The translations under genes and the position numbers were made by a program. A model generated the notes under the pieces. The model was not told the origin of the DNA and did no database searches. It worked only from the letters and a program-made list of their open reading frames with translations. Below, piece by piece: positions 49,417 through 56,642 of a DNA stretch of 64,000 nucleotides. This DNA comes from Dehalococcoidia bacterium (GTDB lineage: Bacteria > Chloroflexota > Dehalococcoidia > GIF9 > AB-539-J10), in assembly GCA_023229725.1 (NCBI GenBank), contig JALNYR010000001.1:9292-73291 (forward strand). Direction: 5' to 3'. Positions within the stretch are counted from its first letter, which is position 1. Every line of letters starts with the position of its first letter.

Positions 49417-50264
49417 TCGAACAACTCGACCAGTTCATGACCTACCTCTTCCAGCAGAAGCTGCGCCCGGCGACCGTGTCGCTCTACTGCGGCGCGGTGC
49501 GCCGGGCCCTCGAGGCCGGCGACATGCTCTCGGTCCTCTCGGACGAGAAGCTCGGCGCTTCGACGCTCGAGACGTACCGAAAGGCGCTCGCGCACTGGGC
49601 GGCGTTCTCCGGGAACAAGGGCCTCGTTGCGAAGCTCCGAGCCTGGACGCCGGGCAAGCGGCCCCGCCGCGTCAACCCGGCTCGCGCCCTCGACATTGAG
49701 AAGGAGTGGCCCCGGCTGCGGCGCGCGGTGCTCGGCCACGAGCATCCCGCTCTCGCCGCGGTCATGTACCTGCTCTTGACCTCCGGGCTTCGCATCGCAG
49801 AGGTGCTCGACCTCACGCGAGAGGACTTGTTCAAGGCTGGGGCTGGGCAAGAGGTCTTCATCGTGCAGAAGGGCGACTCCCAGCGGCTCTTCGTTCTCCC
49901 CACCGCGATGATGCGGCAGCAGGGCTTGGCGCTCGCCGAGTCCGTGCGGCTCGCCGACGTCGAGCTGGTGTGGCAGACACTCACAACGTCGCGGCGTGGA
50001 ACGCGTCGGGCCGTCGAGGACTACATCCGCCGCGAGATGAAGGCGGTCGGCAAGTCGGTGGGGATCCCCGGCGTCCACCCCCACATCGCGCGGCACACCA
50101 TCGCCGACGCGGTCTACGAGCAGAAGGGCGACGCCCGCGCCGTCGCCGAGGCCCTGGGCCACAAGGGCACGCGCACGGCAGACCGCTGGTACATGGACCA
50201 CACCCGCAAGGGCAAGGCCGCCGCGGTCCTGGGCGCCGCGGTCGGGGAAGACGATGAGGCATGA
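49413..50264 (+). CDS. tyrosine recombinase (short XerC/D-like integrase)
   Basis: 283 aa from ATG 49413. SAM-like N-domain (FMTYLFQQKLRPATVSLYCGAVRR). LLLTSGLRIAEVLDL (Arg I), HIARHT (H-x-x-R), LGHKGTRTADRWY (His, Tyr). Confidence 0.85.
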   Translation: MIEQLDQFMTYLFQQKLRPATVSLYCGAVRRALEAGDMLSVLSDEKLGASTLETYRKALAHWAAFSGNKGLVAKLRAWTPGKRPRRVNPARALDIEKEWPRLRRAVLGHEHPALAAVMYLLLTSGLRIAEVLDLTREDLFKAGAGQEVFIVQKGDSQRLFVLPTAMMRQQGLALAESVRLADVELVWQTLTTSRRGTRRAVEDYIRREMKAVGKSVGIPGVHPHIARHTIADAVYEQKGDARAVAEALGHKGTRTADRWYMDHTRKGKAAAVLGAAVGEDDEA

Positions 50265-50457
50265 GCCACCGGTCCAGTGCGGCCCATGCAAGGGCCGCGG
50301 CTGGACGTGGCGGCGGTGCTCTGCCGGCGTGCGTGGTGGGCAGGGCGACTGGAAGTGGACGCGCTGCACGTCGTGCCGCGGCTTCGGAATTGACCTGCGA
50401 GACCTCGCAGAGCAGCATGGACTCGTGCTCAAGCCCATGCCGATAGGGAAACTGTGA
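50254..50457 (+). CDS. small DnaJ-type CxxCxGxG zinc-finger protein
   Basis: 67 aa. CGPCKGRG ... CTSCRGFG. Confidence 0.55.
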   Translation: MRHEPPVQCGPCKGRGWTWRRCSAGVRGGQGDWKWTRCTSCRGFGIDLRDLAEQHGLVLKPMPIGKL

Positions 50458-50999
50458 TGCCTTGGAAAATGTTTCGCCGGCCTCGCCCGGCTGTGAAGGT
50501 CGAGATGCCCGATGGGCGCACGATCGACGGCACGGCCGTCGAGTGGCTCATGAACGGGCAGTCGTCGGTCGTGGCGGTCCACACCGGCAAGGGCACGATG
50601 CAGTTCGGGCTCGTGACCGGCCGCATCGCTGGGCTCGAGGAGCACCCGATGAAGCCGTGCATCCGAGCCGACTCGCTCGTGGCGCTCCGCGCGAACATCG
50701 CGTCCCGTGAGAACGCGCCGGAAGAGGCGCTGGTGCGACGCTCTGCCTTCGTGCTCGTCTCCTCGGACGACCACGCCGGCGCCATCGCGGTCTCCGGCGA
50801 CGAGCAGGTCCTCCACCTGCTCGTCCCCGCCGGCTACGCGGCGAGCACGATCGCGGCGCAGCTCGAGGGGGTCTTCGCCTGGGCAGAGCACCTCGCCCGA
50901 CAGGGCGCGGAGCGCAAAGCGACCGCGAGCGCCGCGAGGAAGACGAGCGCGGCCCGGCGCAAGACGACCCGCACCCACAGGCGCGGCCGTGACGACTGA
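50454..50999 (+). CDS. hypothetical protein with basic C-terminal tail
   Basis: 181 aa. Confidence 0.6.
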   Translation: MMPWKMFRRPRPAVKVEMPDGRTIDGTAVEWLMNGQSSVVAVHTGKGTMQFGLVTGRIAGLEEHPMKPCIRADSLVALRANIASRENAPEEALVRRSAFVLVSSDDHAGAIAVSGDEQVLHLLVPAGYAASTIAAQLEGVFAWAEHLARQGAERKATASAARKTSAARRKTTRTHRRGRDD

Positions 51000-51540
51000 A
51001 GGCGCGGCCCAGGTGGCGCTCGAGGCGCTCGCGCGGTTCGAGGCCCGGCTCCTCGAGGTCGAGAGGAGCGTCGCCGAGTTGGCCGCGCTGGTGCTCCACC
51101 GACCGCACATCCCCGCATCGAAGTCGACGCGGTGGGGCACGCCACGCGACCTCTTCGCGGCGCTCGATGCGGAGTTCGGGCCTTTCGACCTCGACCCTGC
51201 AGCCGACGACGAGCTCCACGTCGTCGAGTGCTACTTCACCGAGGCGATGAACGGGCTGCTCCTGCCGTGGTTCGGCCGCGTCTTCTGCAACCCGCCCTAC
51301 GGCGACGAGGGCGTCTGGGTCTACAAGGCACTCCTCGAGCTCGCGCTCGGCCACTGCAGCCGCGTCGTCTTCCTCGTGCCGTCCAAGACGAGCGTTTCGT
51401 GGTGGCACGAGCTGGTGGAGCCGGCGAAGGCGCGCGGCGAGTGCGAGGTGCGGTTCTTGGAAGGCCGGTTGACCTTCCGCGGTGCGAAGAGCTGCGCGCC
51501 CTTCGCGTCCACTGTTCTCGTGTTCGAGAGGAAAGCCTGA
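50989..51540 (+). CDS. phage Dam-type DNA N6-adenine methyltransferase
   Basis: STRWGTPRDLFAALDAEFGPFDLDPAA ... WFGRVFCNPPYG (NPPY catalytic motif). Start GTG 50989, or GTG 51013. ORF track starts at 50707 in an Arg/Ser-rich extension. Confidence 0.8.
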   Translation: MTTEGAAQVALEALARFEARLLEVERSVAELAALVLHRPHIPASKSTRWGTPRDLFAALDAEFGPFDLDPAADDELHVVECYFTEAMNGLLLPWFGRVFCNPPYGDEGVWVYKALLELALGHCSRVVFLVPSKTSVSWWHELVEPAKARGECEVRFLEGRLTFRGAKSCAPFASTVLVFERKA

Positions 51541-51881
51541 TGCCGCGAGTCGTTCCAAAGCTCGTCGGTGAAGAGCTGCTGCGACGGCTTCGTGAGACGG
51601 GCGTCCTGTGGGCCACGTTCGACACGCGCTACGGCTCGCAGCGCTGCAAGCTCGAGCTGCCGTCGGGCCCCGATGAGCGGAAGCCACATCCCGAGATCGA
51701 AGTCGCGCTCGGCTGGAAGGCGCGGGTCTTCCTCGTCTTGGGAGGCCGCAAGCCACATCGAGGGCTGCGACTCGTTGTTGAAGAGGCGGCTGGCTCCCGC
51801 GTCGTCGACTTGACGACTGGAGCAAAGTTCCGACCGACGAAGGTCGTTGCGATCGTCACCGAGATGCACGAAAGGAAGTAG
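51540..51881 (+). CDS. hypothetical protein
   Basis: 113 aa from ATG 51540 (TGATG overlap) within ORF-track ORF 51132..51881. Confidence 0.55.
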   Translation: MPRVVPKLVGEELLRRLRETGVLWATFDTRYGSQRCKLELPSGPDERKPHPEIEVALGWKARVFLVLGGRKPHRGLRLVVEEAAGSRVVDLTTGAKFRPTKVVAIVTEMHERK

Positions 51882-51883
51882 CA

Positions 51884-52372
51884 ATGTCGTTGACTCAGCT
51901 CATGGAAAGCTGGATCGTGACCGTACACGAGCTCGTGAAGGGGGCGCCGAGAGTCCATCACAACGCGATACGGGCTAGCGCGGTCGCGAGCGTGCTTCGC
52001 AGTGCTGCCGCGACCGACTTGCTCGACTACGACACGCGCCGTAACGCGCTCTACGAAGCGCAGCGGCTCCGGCCGGTCGAGGAGGACGTGCTCATCGGGG
52101 CGCGGTTCGAGGACACTGAGATCGTGCAGTGGACGCAGCTCCGGCCGCGCGGCCCGTTCGAGGGACTGAGCATCGGCTCGGGTTGGGACGAGTACCATCA
52201 GGTCCGAACAGGCGCCCCGCTCGCCGACTTCCCGCAGAAAGTGCAGGATCTCATCAAGCAGCAGCTCGCACTCGACGCGCAGGGCCCGCTCGCGAAGCGT
52301 GAGGTCGTGGGTTATCGAGCGAGCACGCTCGACGAAACCGAGCAGGACGAGGACGACGACGACGACGACTAG
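51884..52372 (+). CDS. hypothetical protein with poly-Asp C-terminus
   Basis: 162 aa. Ends ETEQDEDDDDDD. Its stop overlaps the stop of the convergent M23 gene (CTAG). Confidence 0.6.
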   Translation: MSLTQLMESWIVTVHELVKGAPRVHHNAIRASAVASVLRSAAATDLLDYDTRRNALYEAQRLRPVEEDVLIGARFEDTEIVQWTQLRPRGPFEGLSIGSGWDEYHQVRTGAPLADFPQKVQDLIKQQLALDAQGPLAKREVVGYRASTLDETEQDEDDDDDD

Positions 52373-53133
52373 ACCATCTCGCCGACGACCGCGATGCCTT
52401 CCTCGCGCAGCCACACGACCGGCTCGGTGACTTCGCGGCGGCCGAGCGCGACGTTGTCGCGGAGCGAGCCCATCTGCGGGATGCGCGAGTTGTGGACCTC
52501 GAAGTGGCAGTGGGCGCCCATCGTGCGGCTCGTGTTCTCACCAGCCGCGTTCCGACAGCGCGCCGCGTCGGTGCGGCGGCACCAGCAGGGCACGACCGCC
52601 CCCTCGGGCGCGCAGGTGTTCCCGACGTAGCCGATGACGTCGTCGCCCTGGACGAGCTGGCCCAAGCCGACGTTGAAACCGTCGAGGTGCGCGTAGACGG
52701 TCGAGCGGTTCCCCGCGTCGAGGTGCGAGAGCCAGATCATGCGGCCGAAGCCGGCGATGCGGTTCTCCGCGTAGGTGACGATGCTTGTCTTCGCGGCTCG
52801 CACTGGCGTCTCAGGCGCCGCAGTGATGTCCTTCCCCCAGTGCGGGTCGACGCGGCCCTGGTAGGCATCGTCCATGTCCATGTCGCGTCCAGGACGGCCG
52901 CGGTCGACGATCCAGCGCGCGGTCTGGAAGAACGAGCCCGAGGGCAGCTCGACGATCGCACCGGGCATGACCGAGCGGTAGGCCTCGGCGACGGCCTCTT
53001 CGGGCCCGAGCCCGAGGCCGACGTTCCGCCAATAGGCGGCGACGATGCGCTCGGCGGCGTTGCCCTTGCGCATCGCCATGGTGACGCCCACGCCAGCCGC
53101 TGCGACGAGCCCGATGACGGCGAAGGGGTTCAC
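52369..53133 (-). CDS. M23/LytM metallopeptidase with N-terminal Gly/Ala-rich signal anchor
   Basis: 254 aa. MNPFAVIGLVAAAGVGVTMAM anchor. HWGKD (H-x3-D), YAHLDGFNVGLGQLVQGDDVIGYVG, HCHFEVH (H-x-H) all present. Confidence 0.75.
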   Translation of the reverse strand: MNPFAVIGLVAAAGVGVTMAMRKGNAAERIVAAYWRNVGLGLGPEEAVAEAYRSVMPGAIVELPSGSFFQTARWIVDRGRPGRDMDMDDAYQGRVDPHWGKDITAAPETPVRAAKTSIVTYAENRIAGFGRMIWLSHLDAGNRSTVYAHLDGFNVGLGQLVQGDDVIGYVGNTCAPEGAVVPCWCRRTDAARCRNAAGENTSRTMGAHCHFEVHNSRIPQMGSLRDNVALGRREVTEPVVWLREEGIAVVGEMV

Positions 53134-53717
53134 GCGAACACCAGCAACTCGATGTTGCGGTTAGAGGTCCAAGTCACAGGGTCGAGTGTCGTTTCCTCGA
53201 CCTCGGATAGTTCCTGCGGTACGGCGACTGAGCTGTACACGCTAAAGGCCACTTCTGCAACGTAGGTATTGCCGATCACTTCGCCCGCGTGAACAAACTG
53301 CCCGATGCCGACCAACCAACCACCCCGCGGTCCTGACCCGCCTTGGAGGATGGTGAAGCTCGAGCTTCCACGCTCGTCGAGATGCGAGAGGTAAATGCCG
53401 GTGCTCGCATCGTTCGGCTCGTTTCCTGCGTTCCAGATCCGAGTCACGAGGGCGTCTGACGGAGCGTGTATTTCCGCAGATATTGGAATGTCAAAGAAAA
53501 TCTCTCCATCCTGCACATCGTAGTCTGGGTCACGCTCTCCTCCAGCGGTGACAAGAATGTGAGCGTGCCAACCTGAAAGCCGGAACCCAGTCGGGAGCTG
53601 CACGAAGTGGTTCCAATAACGCCGGACCCAATCTGCCGCGGCGTTCGACTTGCGGGCAAGCATAGTCAGCCCGACGACACCAGCACCGATGAGGAGAACG
53701 ACTGCAAATGGATTCAT
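53130..53717 (-). CDS. degenerate M23/LytM-like paralog (catalytic His residues missing)
   Basis: ATG 53717 (ATGA overlap). MNPFAVVLLIGAGVVGLTML anchor. YLSHLDERG...VGIGQFVHAGEVIGNT is retained, but FFDIP replaces H-x3-D and AFSVYSS replaces H-x-H. Confidence 0.6.
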   Translation of the reverse strand: MNPFAVVLLIGAGVVGLTMLARKSNAAADWVRRYWNHFVQLPTGFRLSGWHAHILVTAGGERDPDYDVQDGEIFFDIPISAEIHAPSDALVTRIWNAGNEPNDASTGIYLSHLDERGSSSFTILQGGSGPRGGWLVGIGQFVHAGEVIGNTYVAEVAFSVYSSVAVPQELSEVEETTLDPVTWTSNRNIELLVFA

Positions 53718-54283
53718 ACCCAACCTCGGACGAAGGCCGTGGCCTGCGTGCCGTTCTCGCGCAGCCATGCCCTCGCGTTGATGGGGCGAGCCCCGCTGTT
53801 GGGGTCCGCTGCCATCGTGTTCTGGACGGCGAAGGTGAAGAGCGTCTCGTTCGAGCCGTAGGTGCCCTGCCGCGCTTGCCCAATGACCTGATCTCCCGCG
53901 ACGAACCCACCCAGGCCGACCATGTAGTCGATGCCGACGTAGAGGAAGCTCTCGTCGGACTGGTGGAGCGAGGAGAGCCCGAGCGCCGGGCCGCGACCAG
54001 GGATCGTCCCGACCCAGGAGACCACGCAGTCGGTCACGGCGCGGATGTCAGAGCCAGGGTTCGGGTGGACGTCGAGCCCGTCGCCGTTCACTGGGGCGAG
54101 CTCGCCCCCCTCGACGAGCCACGTGCAGCCGTCGGTCATGCGGCGCACGAACTCGGCCGGCGGCTGGACGCGGCCAGCCCAGAAGTCCGTGAGCCACTGG
54201 ACGACCGGGTTCCGCTTCCGGGCGAGCGCGCCCACGGCGACCGCGCTCCCGACGACCAGCACGAAGACGGCGAGCGGGTTCAC
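53714..54283 (-). CDS. degenerate M23/LytM-like paralog
   Basis: 189 aa. MNPLAVFVLVVGSAVAVGAL anchor. GLGGFVAGDQVIGQA is retained. TLFTFAVQN replaces H-x-H. Confidence 0.6.
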   Translation of the reverse strand: MNPLAVFVLVVGSAVAVGALARKRNPVVQWLTDFWAGRVQPPAEFVRRMTDGCTWLVEGGELAPVNGDGLDVHPNPGSDIRAVTDCVVSWVGTIPGRGPALGLSSLHQSDESFLYVGIDYMVGLGGFVAGDQVIGQARQGTYGSNETLFTFAVQNTMAADPNSGARPINARAWLRENGTQATAFVRGWV

Positions 54284-54384
54284 GGCACGGCCCTGCCGCG
54301 CACCCAGGAGTGGACGACGGCGACCGCGAGGAGCACTGCGAGCGCGCCGCCGGCGAGCTGGGCGACCGTGTTGAGCTTCGACAT
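54280..54384 (-). CDS. 34-aa single-pass membrane peptide (holin/antiholin-like position)
   Basis: Not in ORF track: MSKLNTVAQLAGGALAVLLAVAVVHSWVRGRAVP. Strong RBS (gcaggaggtcatcATG). Its TGA overlaps the GTG of the next gene. Confidence 0.5.
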   Translation of the reverse strand: MSKLNTVAQLAGGALAVLLAVAVVHSWVRGRAVP

Positions 54385-54417
54385 GATGACCTCCTGCTGC
54401 ACGCCCCGAGGGGCGTG

Positions 54418-55008
54418 CTATCCAAGCACGGCGCGAGCCGCGCGTTCATAGCCGGCGGCGTTCGGGTGAAGCCCGCCGGGCGTTCCATACTGCTCCGCGA
54501 AGTAGCCGGGCTCCGTGGGGTCGCCCAGGAGCCGCCAGAGCGAGATGCGGCCGGCCATCCGCCCATGGAGCCGCTCGAGCGCGGCCAGCTCCATCCGCCA
54601 CGCGTTCGTCGATTCCGACATCCCGAAGGCCGGCGGCGGGCCCACGAGGACGACGCGGCAGCCGAGCGCCCGCATCTGGTCCACGATCGCGACCGTCTCG
54701 TCCATGACCTGGGCCGCGGTCTTGTCGCCCAGGCTGTTCACGCCCGTCGAGAGGATGACGGTCCTCGCCTCGGGGTGGAGCCGCAGCCGCGCCGAGGCGA
54801 AGCGGCCCGAGACGGCCGAGCCCTCGCCGCTCCGGGCCTCGGTGAAGGCCTGGCCGGGCACGAGTCGCTCGAGCGCGCGGCCGAGCCCCTCGGCGATGGA
54901 GTCGCCCATCGTGAGGTACGGCGGCTTCGGCCGGCTCCTACCCAAGAGCAGGCAGAAGCCGGCCACGCCAGCCGCACCGAGCCCGAGCTTGAGGAGCATC
55001 GAGGTCAT
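54418..55008 (-). CDS. SGNH/GDSL hydrolase with N-terminal signal anchor
   Basis: 196 aa from ATG 55008 (TGATG overlap; ORF track extends to 55389). LLKLGLGAAGVAGFCLLLG anchor. MGDSIAEGLG (block I), ILSTGVNSLG (block III), GGLHPNAAGY (block V-like). Confidence 0.6.
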   Translation of the reverse strand: MTSMLLKLGLGAAGVAGFCLLLGRSRPKPPYLTMGDSIAEGLGRALERLVPGQAFTEARSGEGSAVSGRFASARLRLHPEARTVILSTGVNSLGDKTAAQVMDETVAIVDQMRALGCRVVLVGPPPAFGMSESTNAWRMELAALERLHGRMAGRISLWRLLGDPTEPGYFAEQYGTPGGLHPNAAGYERAARAVLG

Positions 55009-55202
55009 CAGCCTAGCCGCATGACTTGTCGCCGCCGCGTGTGCGTTTGCTTGCGGACGCTGCAGCGCTTGCCCTTCGCACGCATCCGCCGGCAGATCGA
55101 TTTCGCTGCCGACTTGGTGAGCGCGCAGCCCTGATGCCGCCCGTTCACGATGATCTTGTAGAGCGTTCTCGTACTCGAGCAAGGACCGCCACCGTTCTTC
55201 AT
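55008..55202 (-). CDS. tiny basic protein, C-x6-A-x3-C-x6-G-x2-C-x-V family
   Basis: 64 aa. Core GCALTKSAAKSICRRMRAKGKRCSV. Confidence 0.6.
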   Translation of the reverse strand: MKNGGGPCSSTRTLYKIIVNGRHQGCALTKSAAKSICRRMRAKGKRCSVRKQTHTRRRQVMRLG

Positions 55203-55229
55203 GATCTTCTCCTCCAGCAGCTCCCGCTG

Positions 55230-55418
55230 CTACCGCGGCCTGCGCGCCTTCCGGCACACGACCTTGCAGTTCTTGCCCGCGGCGCGGCGCCGCTTGCAGA
55301 CGGCCTTCGCCCGCGTCTTCGTCGTCGTGCAGACGTTGGCGCGGTACCGCTTCGCCCTCGGCGTCTTCACGTAGACCGTGCAGCGACACCGACTCGATCG
55401 CTTCGCTCTCTTCGCCAT
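55230..55418 (-). CDS. tiny basic protein, C-x6-A-x3-C-x6-G-x2-C-x-V family
   Basis: 62 aa. Core VCTTTKTRAKAVCKRRRAAGKNCKV. Confidence 0.6.
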   Translation of the reverse strand: MAKRAKRSSRCRCTVYVKTPRAKRYRANVCTTTKTRAKAVCKRRRAAGKNCKVVCRKARRPR

Positions 55419-55421
55419 GAC

Positions 55422-55604
55422 CTACTCCTCCGGCGGCAGCGTGCCGCCGCGCTTCGACCGCTTCTTGCTTTGCGACGTAAAACAGCGGAGTTCCATCCCC
55501 GGCTCTTCCACGCCGCGCTTGTACGTGCAGCAGCGCGAGCTGCCGTCAGGCTGCTTCTCGCACACGATCTTCGTCGGGCTCGGGCCCGTGCGCTTGCGTC
55601 GCAT
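55422..55604 (-). CDS. tiny basic Cys protein
   Basis: 60 aa: MRRKRTGPSPTKIVCEKQPDGSSRCCTYKRGVEEPGMELRCFTSQSKKRSKRGG... Confidence 0.5.
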   Translation of the reverse strand: MRRKRTGPSPTKIVCEKQPDGSSRCCTYKRGVEEPGMELRCFTSQSKKRSKRGGTLPPEE

Positions 55605-55607
55605 CGT

Positions 55608-55958
55608 CTACCTCTTCGCCGGCAGTGCCGGCACTCCGCGCAGCCGCGGGCTGACCTCGACGTACTCGGCGTCGATAACGTCGGCCTTCTGACCGCAGCG
55701 GGTGTTGAACCTCTCGATGCTCTTGAGGACCGCGCGCCGGGCCGTCTCGCAGCGCGCTCGACGCTTCTGGTCGGCCTTGACCTCGTCCGAGCGGCGCATC
55801 TTCCCCGAGCGCTCGAAGGCAGGGACGACCTCACAGCGGACGCGCTTGTTCTCCGCTTGGTAGCCCAGCGCCTGACGCTCCGCGATGGCGAGGGGCAGCG
55901 GCTCGGTCGTGAGCGTGGTGCCGCCCCCATCTACGCAGCGGATGAGGAACTTCTTCAT
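55608..55958 (-). CDS. small basic protein
   Basis: 116 aa from ATG 55958 (ATGA overlap; ORF track extends to 56168). ...ERQALGYQAENKRVRCEVV... resembles the family core. Confidence 0.5.
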   Translation of the reverse strand: MKKFLIRCVDGGGTTLTTEPLPLAIAERQALGYQAENKRVRCEVVPAFERSGKMRRSDEVKADQKRRARCETARRAVLKSIERFNTRCGQKADVIDAEYVEVSPRLRGVPALPAKR

Positions 55959-56182
55959 CGGCCACGCCGCCCGAGCCAGTCGAGGTGGTCCATCACCACG
56001 GCGGCGTCCATGCACTTCTGCTGGTGGAGCAGCTTGTGCGCTTCCTTCAAGTCGGCGTGGATGTGGCGGTGCTCGGCGCGGCACATGGCCGAGGTGCAGC
56101 CGCGGCCGTAGACACGCTCGAGCTTCCGCTGCACCGCGACGAGGCGCATGAAGTCGGCCTTCGGACAACGAACCTTCGCCAT
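55955..56182 (-). CDS. small Cys/His-rich protein
   Basis: 75 aa from ATG 56182 (TGATG overlap): MAKVRCPKADFMRLVAVQRKLERVYGRGCTSAMCRAEHRHIH... Confidence 0.5.
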   Translation of the reverse strand: MAKVRCPKADFMRLVAVQRKLERVYGRGCTSAMCRAEHRHIHADLKEAHKLLHQQKCMDAAVVMDHLDWLGRRGR

Positions 56183-56370
56183 CAGCGACCTCGCCTGCCG
56201 CCGACCTTGCGGCTGTAGACCTCGCAGCAGCGCCCCCGCAGCGAGGCGGCCGAGCAGAAGCCGATGGCTTCGTCGTTCGTCTTGAAGCATCGGTCCTTCG
56301 CCCAGGACGACTTCGTCACGGGGCCCTTGCCGCGGAGGTGCGTGCAGTAGCGGTTGCGCTTCGTACCCAT
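56182..56370 (-). CDS. tiny basic protein, C-x6-A-x3-C-x6-G-x2-C-x-V family
   Basis: 62 aa. Core RCFKTNDEAIGFCSAASLRGRCCEV. Confidence 0.6.
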   Translation of the reverse strand: MGTKRNRYCTHLRGKGPVTKSSWAKDRCFKTNDEAIGFCSAASLRGRCCEVYSRKVGGRRGR

Positions 56371-56376
56371 GGACCG

Positions 56377-56382
56377 AGTCTA
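56377..56382 (-). promoter_or_regulatory. -10-like TAGACT, 6 nt before ATG 56370 (leaderless geometry)
   Basis: Minus strand reads ctgTAGACTcggtccATG. No convincing -35. Confidence 0.3.
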
Positions 56383-56419
56383 CAGGGGCTCGCGTGCGGG
56401 GGCGAAGTAGAGGTTGGCT

Positions 56420-56504
56420 TGGTTGCGGGGGGAGGACTTGAACCTCCGAAGGCTTTCACCAGCAGCCTTACGAGCTGCTCCCTTTGTCTCTTGGATACCC
56501 CGCA
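56420..56504 (-). tRNA. tRNA-Tyr(GUA)-like, type II (long variable arm), CCA encoded
   Basis: 85 nt: TGCGGGG-TA-TCCAAGAGACAAAGGGA-GCAGC-TCGTAAG-GCTGC-TGGTGAAAGCCTTC-GGAGG-TTCAAGT-CCTCC-CCCCGCA-A-CCA. Closely parallels E. coli tRNA-Tyr from memory, but the anticodon loop has C at position 33. Confidence 0.75.
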
Positions 56505-56567
56505 AGCTGCCTCGCAGTGCCAGATGCGGGCAACGGCTACCGTTTCCTCTCGGAAACGCCTGGCGCC

Positions 56568-56642
56568 GGTAGCGCGGGACGGGATCGAACCGTCGGCCTC
56601 CGGGTTATGGGCCCGGCGAGCTACCTACTGCTCCACCGCGCT
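56568..56642 (-). tRNA. tRNA-Met(CAU), initiator-like
   Basis: AGCGCGG-TG-GAGC-AGTAGGTA-GCTC-G-CCGGG-CCCATAA-CCCGG-AGGCC-GACGG-TTCGATC-CCGTC-CCGCGCT-A-CC. Three G:C pairs closing the anticodon stem and A11:U24, as in bacterial initiators, but A1:U72 is paired and position 33 is C. The 3' CCA is not fully encoded (CCg). Confidence 0.75.

Noticed and set aside
54399-54418. GC-rich hairpin gcacgcccc-ga-ggggcgtgc between the SGNH gene and the 34-aa peptide gene as a terminator
   Set aside because: No U-tract follows on the minus strand, the loop is minimal, and the next gene has a strong RBS 10 nt away. More likely an mRNA stability or processing element, if anything.
56420-56642. tRNA pair as an integration target or attachment-site remnant marking the end of a prophage
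   Set aside because: Both tRNAs are full length and flanked on both sides by element-type genes in the same operon orientation. The only recombinase is 6 kb away and no duplicated tRNA 3' segment was seen.
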